Source of the DNA: Psychrobacillus sp.
Lineage (GTDB): Bacteria > Bacillota > Bacilli > Bacillales_A > Planococcaceae
Length of the DNA: 64,000 bases
NCBI RefSeq assembly: GCF_032154225.1
Contig: NZ_JALDYF010000017.1
Span: 23,394 to 87,393 of the forward strand
Direction of reading: 5' to 3'
Shown: positions 49,552 through 58,551 of the stretch, one piece after another
Numbering within the stretch: the stretch's first letter is position 1
Layout of the letters: every line of letters starts with the position of its first letter
The notes under the pieces: generated by a model
What the model was told of the DNA's origin: nothing
The model's input: the letters and a program-made list of their open reading frames with translations, nothing else
The model's database searches: none
Translations under genes and position numbers: made by a program

Positions 49552-49733
49552 TATACAATATTTATTGTCTATTACTTGGCTACTTATACTTTAAACAAAT
49601 AATTTAATAAATATATTGGATAGTTAATAACTTTGATGAAGGAATCATTCTTAAAGGTGTTTTAATGTTCTATATCTTTTTTGAACAACTTAATCATCTC
49701 CACACTTTTTTTATAAATATCAATAGACAAATG

Positions 49734-49766
49734 AAAAAAACTGGTTAGTTAATCTAACCAGTTTTT
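49734..49766. terminator. bidirectional terminator just inside the right end
   Basis: aaaaaaa-ctggttag-ttaat-ctaaccag-ttttt. Confidence 0.7.
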
Positions 49767-49853
49767 ACGTCACGTTTGAGTTGTTCACGTCACGACTAAG
49801 TTGTATACGTCACGCTTGAGTTATTTACGTCACGATTGAGTTGTATGCAAACA
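49767..49853 (+). repeat. transposon right end: four contiguous 20-bp TnsB-type sites plus terminal GCAAACA
   Basis: ACGTCACGtTTGAGTTGTTc, ACGTCACGacTAAGTTGTat, ACGTCACGcTTGAGTTaTTt and ACGTCACGaTTGAGTTGTat with an exact 20-bp period. Confidence 0.85.
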
Positions 49854-49858
49854 ACACA
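49854..49858. repeat. target-site duplication ACACA (right copy)
   Basis: Same 5-mer as 31092-31096. It sits 21-25 nt after the glmS stop codon. Confidence 0.8.
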
Positions 49859-49878
49859 GTCCATATCTTACAATTCTA

Positions 49879-51681
49879 TTATTCAACCGTAACCGATTTA
49901 GCTAAATTCCTAGGCTTATCAACGTCACAGTCTCTATGCAATGCTGCGTAATAGCTTATTAGTTGCAATGATACTACGGATACTAATGGAGAGAATAGCT
50001 CATGTACTTTTGGAAGTACGAAGCGGTCTCCTTCTTCATCGAAGCCTTCCATTGAAATAATGCATGGGTTTGCACCACGTGCTACTACTTCTTTTACGTT
50101 CCCGCGAATGTTCAGGCTAACTGCTTTTTGTGTTGCTAAAGCGAAGATTGGAGTACCGTCTTCGATTAGCGCAATTGTTCCGTGTTTTAATTCGCCTCCA
50201 GCAAATCCTTCTGCTTGGATGTACGAGATTTCTTTTAGTTTTAAAGCACCTTCAAGACTTACATAGAAGTCGATGTTGCGTCCAATGAAGAATGCATTGC
50301 GTGTTGTTGCTAAAAACTCTTTCGCGATCTGCTCCATCTCTTCTTTTGAATCGACAATCGCTTGCACTGCGTTTGCAGCAATACCTAGCTCTTTTACAAC
50401 ATCCATGTCTAATGTTTTACCTTGAGATTGTGCATATACAGAAGCTGTCACCATTAATACCGCAATTTGTGCTACATATGCTTTTGTGGATGCCACTGCA
50501 ATTTCAGGTCCTGCGTGCAATAAAAGCGTATGGTCTGCTTCACGAGAAAGTGTTGATCCTGGCACATTTGTCATTGTGATCGTTGGGTACCCTTTTTCTT
50601 TTATTTTCACGAGTACTTGTCTGCTGTCCGCTGTTTCACCTGATTGTGTGATGAACAGAAATAATGGTTTCTTTGATAGCAGTGGCATGTTGTAGCCAAA
50701 TTCACTTGAAATATGCACCTCTACTGGGATGCCTGCGATTTTTTCGAAATATTCTTTCCCGATTAACCCTGCATGATAACTTGTTCCTGCCGCAATAATG
50801 TATAGACGATCTGCGTCGTGCAATGCGTTTAAAATAGCTGGTTCAATCGAAAGTTCACCTTGTTCATTTTGGTATGCTTGAATGATTTTACGGATAACAG
50901 CTGGCTGTTCGTCCATTTCTTTCAGCATATAGTGTGGATACGTTCCTTTTTCGATATCGCTCATATCAAGCTCTGCTTTGTATGCTTCGCGCTCTACGAT
51001 AGAGCCATCTAGTTTTTGGATTTCCACTGCATCCTTGCGCACAATAACGACTTCTTGGTCATGAAGTTCTACATATTGCTCTGTTACTTGAAGCATTGCC
51101 ATTGCATCAGATGCTACTACGTTAAAGCCTTCACCAAGTCCTACAAGTAATGGTGATTTATTTTTCGCCACATAAATAGTGTTCGCATCTTCTTTATCTA
51201 GAAGTGCAAGTGCATATGATCCATGAATAAGATGCAATGTTTTTCGAAGTGCATCTACTGTAGATAAGCCTTCAGATGAAAACTTCTCGATTAATTGTAC
51301 AATCACTTCTGTATCTGTATCAGAAGTCATTTCTATATTTGATAAATATGCTTTTTTCATTAAATGATAGTTTTCGATTACGCCGTTATGCACAAGCGTG
51401 AAACGTTTTGTTGTACTTTGATGTGGGTGAGCATTTAGTTGGTTTGGTACACCGTGTGTTGCCCAGCGTGTATGACCAATTCCAAGTTGTGCGTCTACAT
51501 CTTCATCTACGACATCACGTAAGTCGGCGATTCGACCTTTTTCTTTAAAAACGACAACTCCTTCTTCATTTAACACAGCAATTCCCGCCGAATCGTATCC
51601 ACGGTACTCTAATTTTTCTAATCCTTTTAATAATATTTCCTTAACGTCTGCTTCTCCAATATATCCTACAATTCCACACAT
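49879..51681 (-). CDS. glmS: glutamine--fructose-6-phosphate aminotransferase
   Basis: [10 protein letters not shown]-terminal nucleophile, two SIS domains, and C-terminal ...[11 protein letters not shown]. Confidence 0.97.
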   Translation of the reverse strand: MCGIVGYIGEADVKEILLKGLEKLEYRGYDSAGIAVLNEEGVVVFKEKGRIADLRDVVDEDVDAQLGIGHTRWATHGVPNQLNAHPHQSTTKRFTLVHNGVIENYHLMKKAYLSNIEMTSDTDTEVIVQLIEKFSSEGLSTVDALRKTLHLIHGSYALALLDKEDANTIYVAKNKSPLLVGLGEGFNVVASDAMAMLQVTEQYVELHDQEVVIVRKDAVEIQKLDGSIVEREAYKAELDMSDIEKGTYPHYMLKEMDEQPAVIRKIIQAYQNEQGELSIEPAILNALHDADRLYIIAAGTSYHAGLIGKEYFEKIAGIPVEVHISSEFGYNMPLLSKKPLFLFITQSGETADSRQVLVKIKEKGYPTITMTNVPGSTLSREADHTLLLHAGPEIAVASTKAYVAQIAVLMVTASVYAQSQGKTLDMDVVKELGIAANAVQAIVDSKEEMEQIAKEFLATTRNAFFIGRNIDFYVSLEGALKLKEISYIQAEGFAGGELKHGTIALIEDGTPIFALATQKAVSLNIRGNVKEVVARGANPCIISMEGFDEEGDRFVLPKVHELFSPLVSVVSLQLISYYAALHRDCDVDKPRNLAKSVTVE

Positions 51682-51747
51682 TTTCTATTCCTCCGTTTAC
51701 ATTCAAGTCAAAATAAGCGTCCTATTTTTGCATAGGCGCTTTTTTAG

Positions 51748-51914
51748 ATAAGAATGCCTTCTTTTCCCCTCTGTCACCCGATCACTCGAATGGTTTCTGA
51801 AAAAGAATTACAACCGGGCAAATACGGTCGGGAGGCATCCGCCGAATTTTCGATAACCTCCACCTCGTCTGCTGAAGATACATTTCCGTCCAATTTCTTC
51901 AGCTCTGGCGCTAT
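51748..51914 (-). ncRNA. glmS leader: glmS ribozyme/riboswitch
   Basis: The minus strand reads A|GCGCCAGAGCUGAAG...GACGAGGUGGAGGUUAUCGAAAAUUCGGCGGAUGCCUCCCGACC...GGGUGACAGAGGGGAAAAGAAGGCAU. This matches my memory of the B. cereus/anthracis glmS ribozyme core. Confidence 0.85.
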
Positions 51915-52004
51915 AATTGTTTTCCTCATTTTTACGCGCGCTCATTTCCCTCCATTTCTACGCGGCTAGCTTGAGAGGTTAGACTTCTCAAAGGCAGCAT
52001 ATCC

Positions 52005-52033
52005 ATCATACTTTTTCTGTAATTTTGTGTCAA
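52005..52033 (-). promoter_or_regulatory. sigma-A type promoter for glmS leader
   Basis: TTGACA, 17 bp spacer, TATGAT on the minus strand, about 85 nt upstream of the ribozyme. Confidence 0.55.
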
Positions 52034-52125
52034 TAAAAAACATCTGAAGTTATGATGAATATTCTATTTTATGATAATGATAGATTATATGTGTAGGTTG
52101 GTACATAATCTATCCTTTTGGTTGA

Positions 52126-52193
52126 GATAGATCGATTTTTTGTAGAGATCGATCGATTCGACCGATTGTGCCCACTATTCAACCGATTCAACC
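52126..52193 (+). repeat. array of ATTC(G/A)ACCGATT-type boxes
   Basis: ATTCGACCGATT (52156) and ATTCAACCGATT (52177) sit 21 bp apart, with degenerate AGATCGATT copies. The same boxes occur at 61992-62045. Confidence 0.7.
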
Positions 52194-52239
52194 TTCCCCC
52201 ACGCAAAGTACCACGAACGCTAGGTCCGTGGTTCTTCAT

Positions 52240-52767
52240 CTATCCAGTAATTGCTCCAAAAATTAAAGCTAAAACAATAACAAACGCAGGATGGACTTTG
52301 AACTTTTCTAATAGCAATAAACTTGCAACCATTAGAAATATCGTACTACCTAGTCCAATGCCAGCTACAGATTCTTGCGCAAATTGGATCGTCATAAATG
52401 CTAGTAAAATAGCAATTACAGGGCGAATCAGCCGCGTGAGGTTTTTTACTTCTGGCGCATCTTTGTATTTCATTAAGACTGCCATCATCCCAATCATCAT
52501 AATAAGCGACGGGGCTACTGTTGCGAACAATGCGACAATTGATCCCAAAATGCCTGCTTCCTCGTACCCGATGTATCCGGCCATTTTCGTAGCGATTGGG
52601 CCTGGTAAAGAGTTCCCGATTGCGACTACTTCACTAAATTCTTGTGTATTCATCCAGCCGTACTTTCCGACAACTTCATGCTCGATTAGTGGTATAGAAG
52701 ACGGACCTCCGCCATAGCCTAGAATTCCTGGTATAAAAAATGCGATAAATAGTTGCCAATAAATCAT
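52240..52767 (-). CDS. chromate transporter family protein (half-size, second of pair)
   Basis: Start at MIYWQLFIAFFIPGILGYGGGPSSIPLIEHEVV. The CHR-family GGGPS motif is present. B. subtilis ywrA/ywrB-like arrangement. Confidence 0.75.
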   Translation of the reverse strand: MIYWQLFIAFFIPGILGYGGGPSSIPLIEHEVVGKYGWMNTQEFSEVVAIGNSLPGPIATKMAGYIGYEEAGILGSIVALFATVAPSLIMMIGMMAVLMKYKDAPEVKNLTRLIRPVIAILLAFMTIQFAQESVAGIGLGSTIFLMVASLLLLEKFKVHPAFVIVLALIFGAITG

Positions 52768-53327
52768 TCCTTTTTCCTCCTCTTCAACAAAGGTAAAAAG
52801 ACAATGATAATGCATCCTAAAATGACGATAGCAGGATGAATATGTAGTACTTCCATTAGTACAGCTGATAAAGCTAATAGTAAAAGTGCTTTTAACCAAC
52901 CAAAAGATTCGCTAGATTTTTTAATAAAGTCATATGTTAATACGCCAAGCATTACCGCTACTACAGGTACAACGGCAGCTGACATATTTTGTACCCACGG
53001 TATATCCTTATATGCTTGGATCAAACCTAAAAATAGAAGCATTAGCAATACAGTTGGAACGATCGATACGATAATAGCATTTATACAACCCCAAAAACCA
53101 GCAACACGATAACCGATGTAACCAGCCATTTTCGTGCCAATTGGTCCTGGCATTGTATTTGCTAGAGCAAGCGTATCTCCAAACTCTTCCTCATCCATCC
53201 ATTTGTATTTTTTCACAACTTCCAAATGAACAAGCGGGATTGATGAAGGTCCTCCACCAAATCCCAACATACCTACGCGAAAGAAAGCTAAGCCAATATT
53301 TCGGTGAAGAACACGCTTCGGGTGCAC
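52764..53327 (-). CDS. chromate transporter family protein (half-size, first of pair)
   Basis: FFRVGMLGFGGGPSSIPLVHLEVV. The start is uncertain (GTG 53327 after AAGGA, or TTG 53360). Confidence 0.7.
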   Translation of the reverse strand: MHPKRVLHRNIGLAFFRVGMLGFGGGPSSIPLVHLEVVKKYKWMDEEEFGDTLALANTMPGPIGTKMAGYIGYRVAGFWGCINAIIVSIVPTVLLMLLFLGLIQAYKDIPWVQNMSAAVVPVVAVMLGVLTYDFIKKSSESFGWLKALLLLALSAVLMEVLHIHPAIVILGCIIIVFLPLLKRRKKE

Positions 53328-53353
53328 GTTGGTGTCCTTCGAGGTTAGACGTT

Positions 53354-54958
53354 CTACCAAGCTGCAATTGCTCCGTCCGTTCGAGACTCTGTACCACCTT
53401 GGAGAACACCCGTTTCTGGATTTCTCCAGATTATTTGCCCACGCCCGAAGCTACCTGTATCCGCAGTGACATGAATATCATGACCTTTTCTTATTAAGCT
53501 TTGTACAAGATAGTTCGGGAATTCCGGCTCTACATGAACAGTTTTCCCTTTTATCCATTGCCATCTTGGCATATCAAGATTTGCTTGAGGGTTCAATAAA
53601 TAGTCCACTGTATTGCTGACAACTTGGAAATGTCCCTGTGGCTGCATATAGCCGCCCATTACTCCAAACGGTCCAACTGCATGACCATCTTTCGTTAAAA
53701 AGCCTGGAATAATCGTATGGTAAGTACGTTTCCCTGGTTTCAGCGTGTTTGGATGTGACTCATCTAGGGAAAAATCATGCCCACGATTCTGCAAACCAAT
53801 TCCTGTTCCTGGCACCACGATACCGGATCCAAAGCCCATATAGTTACTTTGAATATACGAAATCATATTTCCTTCCTCATCAGCTGCAGCTAAATACACT
53901 GTGCCTCCTTTTGGAAGTTCATACGGTTCCGGATTACTTGCACATTCACCAATTACTTTTGCACGTTTCTCTGCGTATTCGTCAGACAATAAATATTCTG
54001 TGCTTACTGGCATAAACTCAGGTTCTGTAATGAAAGATTGACCATCTGTGAATGCAAGTTTCATCGCTTCGATTTGCTCATGAATGGTATGTGCACTTTG
54101 CCATTCTGGTTTAGAAAGTTGCTCAAAAACATTCAATGCCATAAGAGCTACCATACCCTGACCATTTGGTGGTATTTCCCATACGTCATAGCCACGATAA
54201 TTTGCAGACACAGGGTTTACCCATTCAGGTTTATACGTTGTTAAATCCTCTTTCGATAAATAACCATCGTGTTTTTTCATGAAAGCATCTATTTTATCCG
54301 CAATTTCACCTTCATAAAAATCACGAGCATTCGTTTCTCCAATAGCACGCAATGTTTTAGCATGACCTGGTGATGACCAAACTTCTCCTATTTCAGGTGC
54401 TCTTCCGTTTGGAGCAAATGTTTCAAACCAAGCGGAAAACTCTTCTGAAGTGAAAGTTTCTTTGAATTTATTAAATGCAGATTTCCAATACTTACCGAGG
54501 ATTGGAGTTAACGGATAACCTTCTTCTGCATAGCGAATCGCTGGAATGAGCACGTCTTTAAGTGGAAGCTTGCCGAATTTCTCTGACAATGCTGCCCATG
54601 CCGCTGGAACACCTGGTACAGTAACTGGTATCACACCGTGTACAGGCATTTTTTCATGTCCTTTTTCTCTAATCGCTTCTGCAGAAATCGACTTTGGTGC
54701 TGGTCCTGATGCATTTAAACCATGTATTTGGTCTTTTGTCCAAATAAGTGCAAAGGCGTCTCCGCCAATTCCGTTAGATGTGGGTTCTACCACTGTAAGT
54801 GCCGCTGCAGTTGCAATTGCTGCATCAATGGCATTTCCGCCTTTTTGCAGAATTTCTAATCCAGCTTGTGCTGCCAGTGGTTGCGATGTTGCAACCATGC
54901 CTTTTTTAGCAAAAACAGTATGACGTTTTGCTGCAAATGGGTGGTTTAAGTAATCCAT
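53354..54958 (-). CDS. gamma-glutamyltransferase-family protein (no signal peptide; YwrD-like)
   Basis: KGMVATSQPLAAQAGLEILQKGGNAIDAAIA...NGIGGD and the GGTVYL nucleophile region. Confidence 0.85.
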   Translation of the reverse strand: MDYLNHPFAAKRHTVFAKKGMVATSQPLAAQAGLEILQKGGNAIDAAIATAAALTVVEPTSNGIGGDAFALIWTKDQIHGLNASGPAPKSISAEAIREKGHEKMPVHGVIPVTVPGVPAAWAALSEKFGKLPLKDVLIPAIRYAEEGYPLTPILGKYWKSAFNKFKETFTSEEFSAWFETFAPNGRAPEIGEVWSSPGHAKTLRAIGETNARDFYEGEIADKIDAFMKKHDGYLSKEDLTTYKPEWVNPVSANYRGYDVWEIPPNGQGMVALMALNVFEQLSKPEWQSAHTIHEQIEAMKLAFTDGQSFITEPEFMPVSTEYLLSDEYAEKRAKVIGECASNPEPYELPKGGTVYLAAADEEGNMISYIQSNYMGFGSGIVVPGTGIGLQNRGHDFSLDESHPNTLKPGKRTYHTIIPGFLTKDGHAVGPFGVMGGYMQPQGHFQVVSNTVDYLLNPQANLDMPRWQWIKGKTVHVEPEFPNYLVQSLIRKGHDIHVTADTGSFGRGQIIWRNPETGVLQGGTESRTDGAIAAW

Positions 54959-54988
54959 GATGATCCCCCTCTAATTCTTATTAATGTT

Positions 54989-55990
54989 TTATATTTTCGT
55001 ACCTGCAAAGTGACATGCTGCAAAATGTCCTTCTTCAATTTGCTCCCATGCCGGCTTTTGACTTTTACAAATATCTTGTACAATCGGACATCTCGTATGA
55101 AATGGACAGCCTGTTGGTGGATTTGCCGGATTAGGTAAATCTCCTTGTAGGCGAATTCGTTTTTTATTGGCATGAACAGATGGTCTTGGAATTGCCGATA
55201 AAAGTGCCTGTGTATACGGATGGATTGGATTTGCAAATAGATCTTTCACTGTCCCTAACTCCACTGTGTTACCTAAGTACATTACTAGCACACGATCACA
55301 GAAATAACGAACTACACCAAGATCATGTGAAATAAACAAATACGATAAATTATACTTTTCTTGCAATGTTTTTAGTAGTTTTAGAACTTGTGCTTGTACT
55401 GATACATCTAGGGCAGAAACCGCTTCATCACAAATAACAAATGAAGGATTTAACGCTATTGCCCGGGCAATACCGATACGTTGTCTTTGCCCACCACTAA
55501 ATTCATGAGGGTAACGATCAAAATGCTCTTCTTTTAATCCCACTTCTTGCAACAAATCAATTACTGCTGAACGTTTTTCTTTTGCAGACATATTTGTGTG
55601 CATCGTAAAAACTTCCTCAAGTGCATTTCCGATTCGTTGTCTAGGATCTAAAGAAGCAAATGGATCTTGAAAAATCATTTGCATTTCTTTCACAAACTTC
55701 AACTTTTCTTTACGTTTTAAGTTTTGGATTTCCTCGTCACGGAAGTAAATTTTTCCTTCCGTTAACTCTTCAAGCCCTAAAATTGCACGTCCAAGTGTCG
55801 ACTTACCACAGCCCGATTCTCCTACAACCCCTAAACTTTCACCTTCAAATAAATGAAGGGAAACATCTTCGACAGCTTTTACATGTCCTTGAACACGTTT
55901 TAATACGCCACCTTTAATAGGAAAATACTTTTTAACACCTTTTAATTCGAGGAGAATTTTCGGATCAGCTTTTGGCAATTGATTGACCAT
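54989..55990 (-). CDS. peptide ABC transporter ATP-binding protein (OppF/DppF-like)
   Basis: GESGCGKST, SGGQRQR, and a C-terminal oligopeptide-type extension with Cys residues. GAGGAGG RBS. Confidence 0.85.
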   Translation of the reverse strand: MVNQLPKADPKILLELKGVKKYFPIKGGVLKRVQGHVKAVEDVSLHLFEGESLGVVGESGCGKSTLGRAILGLEELTEGKIYFRDEEIQNLKRKEKLKFVKEMQMIFQDPFASLDPRQRIGNALEEVFTMHTNMSAKEKRSAVIDLLQEVGLKEEHFDRYPHEFSGGQRQRIGIARAIALNPSFVICDEAVSALDVSVQAQVLKLLKTLQEKYNLSYLFISHDLGVVRYFCDRVLVMYLGNTVELGTVKDLFANPIHPYTQALLSAIPRPSVHANKKRIRLQGDLPNPANPPTGCPFHTRCPIVQDICKSQKPAWEQIEEGHFAACHFAGTKI

Positions 55991-56972
55991 GGTTAACATC
56001 CTCCTCTGCATGTAACCAACAACTTACGATATGTTCTTGGCCTAAATCAAATACTGGTGGTGCTTCTTCACGACATTTATCCGTAGCAAATTTACAGCGT
56101 GGATGAAATCTACATCCTTGAATTTGTTCTTGTAAGCTTGGAAGAGAACCGGCTATTGGCTCTAATACAAAATCCGGGTCGTCTACGTTTGGCACTGAGT
56201 TTAGTAGTCCAATTGTGTAAGGATGTTTTGGATGATCAAAAATCTCCGCAACTGGTCCTTCTTCAATTTTCTTTCCAGCATACATGACCATTACTCGGTC
56301 TGCTACTTCAGCTACAACACCCATATCATGCGTAATTAACATTACTCCCATATTAAGCTTTTCTTTTAATTCATTGATCAAATCGAGAATTTGAGCTTGG
56401 ATCGTTACATCAAGTGCAGTTGTTGGTTCATCCGCAATTAGCAATCCCGGATGACAAGCAAGAGCAATTGCAATCATGACACGTTGCCTCATCCCACCAC
56501 TTAGTTCGTGTGGATACTGATTCATACGTTTTTCAGGGTACGGGATTCCTACCTGCTCCAACAATTCAATTCCTTGTTTAGTCGCTTCGCTTTTACTTAA
56601 CCTATGGTGTAGAAGTAACGGTTCACGCAATTGATACCCTACTGTTAAAACTGGGTTTAAAGCAGTCATCGGTTCTTGAAAAATCATTGAAATTTTAGTT
56701 CCACGCATTTTTCTAATTTCTTCATGAGGTAAGTTATGAATGGCTTGCCCTTCATACTTCACTTCTCCACTTGCAATCTTTCCATTGCTCGGAAGTAAGC
56801 CAATGACCGATAGAGACGTTATACTTTTACCGCAGCCCGATTCTCCAACGATACATAATGTCTCTCCTTTCGCAATCGAAAAGGAGACATCTCGCACAGC
56901 TTGGACTGTTCCATCTGCTGTGCGAAATTCAGTTACTAAATTATTCACTTCAAGTAATGTCTCCTGCATCAT
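55965..56972 (-). CDS. peptide ABC transporter ATP-binding protein (OppD/DppD-like)
   Basis: GESGCGKSIT, LSGGMRQR and LLIADEPTTALD. Confidence 0.85.
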   Translation of the reverse strand: MMQETLLEVNNLVTEFRTADGTVQAVRDVSFSIAKGETLCIVGESGCGKSITSLSVIGLLPSNGKIASGEVKYEGQAIHNLPHEEIRKMRGTKISMIFQEPMTALNPVLTVGYQLREPLLLHHRLSKSEATKQGIELLEQVGIPYPEKRMNQYPHELSGGMRQRVMIAIALACHPGLLIADEPTTALDVTIQAQILDLINELKEKLNMGVMLITHDMGVVAEVADRVMVMYAGKKIEEGPVAEIFDHPKHPYTIGLLNSVPNVDDPDFVLEPIAGSLPSLQEQIQGCRFHPRCKFATDKCREEAPPVFDLGQEHIVSCWLHAEEDVNHGQSIAKS

Positions 56973-56977
56973 CTAAC

Positions 56978-58531
56978 CTACTCTCCAATAACGTTTTTTA
57001 AGTACCATTTGCCGTTTGGATCTAATTCTAGACCTTTATACGCTTTGTCTAATGCTGCTGTAACAATTCCGTGATACATAACGACAACTGCATTTTCTTC
57101 AATCATCATTTTATTTGCTTGATCTAATAATTCTAGACGTTTAGCTTGGTCTGTTGTTGTGCGAGACTGTACAACTAACTCATCAAAAGCTGGGTTGCTA
57201 TATTGTGCACGGTTAGAAGAGCCAACATTATCGCTGTGGAAGTTTGGATATAATAACTCAGATCCATCTCCCGTTACATTCGACCAGCTTAAGAATGTAA
57301 GGTCATACTCACCTTGACGAGCTGTATCTAAAAACGTCGCCCACTCCATTGATTCGATTTCTACTTTAAATCCAGCTTCTGTTAATTGTGCTTGTGTAAT
57401 TTCAGCCATCAAAATAAAGTTCGCTCTATTTGCTGTTAGTAATTTAATCGTACGATCACCATAGCCATTTTTCGCTACTAATTCTTTTGCTTTTTCTAAA
57501 TCATACACAGTACCTGCTTTGTCTGCTGATGAATCATATCCAAATACTTTCGGACCAATAACGCTATCACTACGAACGCCAAGTCCATTTAATTTTGAAA
57601 CAAATGCATCACGGTCCATCGCCGCTGCAACTGCTTCACGGAACTCAGGATCTTGATTCGTTTCTCTTAGATGGTTAAATGCTAAGTAATACACTGGTGA
57701 ACCTTCGATTTCTTCAATGTTAATCGTATCAATAGATTCTAGTCGCTTAATTTGTTCTGTTGGTAAATTGTCAATAAATTGCACTTCACCTGTTTGAAGC
57801 ATAGATATTGCCGTTGAGATTTCAGGAACTACTTTAAAAACTACTTTCTTAACTGCTGGTGCTCCATCCCAATATTCTTCATTCGCTTCTAAAGCAATTT
57901 GGTCGCCTGGTGTCCAACTAACAAACTTGAATGGGCCAGTTCCTACTGGATCTTTCATTAAATCTTGTTTTTGATCAGCTGTTGGGCTTACAATTGCTGC
58001 ATTTGAATGCGATAAAGATGCTAAAAATGCACCGTAAGGATATTTTGTTTTGATTTCTACTGTGTTTTCATCAAGTACGTTAATAACATCAACTGGCTCC
58101 ATTAAAGAGGCACGAGGTGCTGCAGTTGCTGGATCACGTAGTTTATCAAATGTGTACTTTACTGCTTCTGCGTTAAAAGGCGTTCCATCATGAAACTTAA
58201 TACCTTCTTTTAGTTTAATAACCCATGTATTTTCATCTGGGTTTTCAAATGACTCTGCTAATTTAGGTTCAAATTCCATCGTTTCTACATTACGTGTAAA
58301 TAATTGCTCATACACTTGTTCCGTTACATTCGCTGATGGTGAATCATTCATTAAAATTGGTGATAATCCAACTGCATCTGAAGTAGATGCGTAAGTGAAT
58401 ATTTTATCACTTGCTGTACTTCCGCCTTTATCTGTTTCTTTTGGTGCTGAAGCTGATTCTCCATTTGAACATGCTGCTGTTAATACTAGTAATGCACTGA
58501 ATAGTATCGCTAACCAAAATTTCTTTTTCAT
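56978..58531 (-). CDS. peptide ABC transporter substrate-binding lipoprotein (family 5)
   Basis: Lipobox LTAACSNG, with SBP_bac_5-like length and motifs. Confidence 0.85.
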   Translation of the reverse strand: MKKKFWLAILFSALLVLTAACSNGESASAPKETDKGGSTASDKIFTYASTSDAVGLSPILMNDSPSANVTEQVYEQLFTRNVETMEFEPKLAESFENPDENTWVIKLKEGIKFHDGTPFNAEAVKYTFDKLRDPATAAPRASLMEPVDVINVLDENTVEIKTKYPYGAFLASLSHSNAAIVSPTADQKQDLMKDPVGTGPFKFVSWTPGDQIALEANEEYWDGAPAVKKVVFKVVPEISTAISMLQTGEVQFIDNLPTEQIKRLESIDTINIEEIEGSPVYYLAFNHLRETNQDPEFREAVAAAMDRDAFVSKLNGLGVRSDSVIGPKVFGYDSSADKAGTVYDLEKAKELVAKNGYGDRTIKLLTANRANFILMAEITQAQLTEAGFKVEIESMEWATFLDTARQGEYDLTFLSWSNVTGDGSELLYPNFHSDNVGSSNRAQYSNPAFDELVVQSRTTTDQAKRLELLDQANKMMIEENAVVVMYHGIVTAALDKAYKGLELDPNGKWYLKNVIGE

Positions 58532-58551
58532 TTTCGTTCCCCCTGTTTGTT

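Larger units (their letters stand above)
31097..49853 (-). mobile_element. Tn7-like transposon (18,757 bp) in attTn7 downstream of glmS
   Basis: TGT...ACA termini, 22/27 terminal inverted repeat, 5-bp TSD, multiple 20-bp end repeats, tnsABCD genes, and insertion 21-25 nt past the glmS stop. Confidence 0.9.

Noticed and set aside
49767-49846. Possible mini CRISPR/iteron array at the transposon edge
   Set aside because: The four 20-bp units abut each other without spacers. They are the inverted complement of the left-end motif, so they are transposase (TnsB-type) binding sites.
31097-49853. CRISPR-associated transposon (CAST) hypothesis, prompted by the TnsD plus short TniQ pair
   Set aside because: No Cascade, Cas12k or other cas ORFs and no spaced repeat array lie anywhere in the element. 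The short TniQ must work with something else, if it works at all.
51754-51969. 71-aa + strand ORF upstream of glmS
   Set aside because: It lies antisense to the glmS ribozyme sequence and has no RBS.
52118-52717. 199-aa + strand ORF
   Set aside because: It is antisense to the chromate-transporter gene, whose translation has clear family motifs. Its N-terminus is just the translated ATTCGACCGATT box array.
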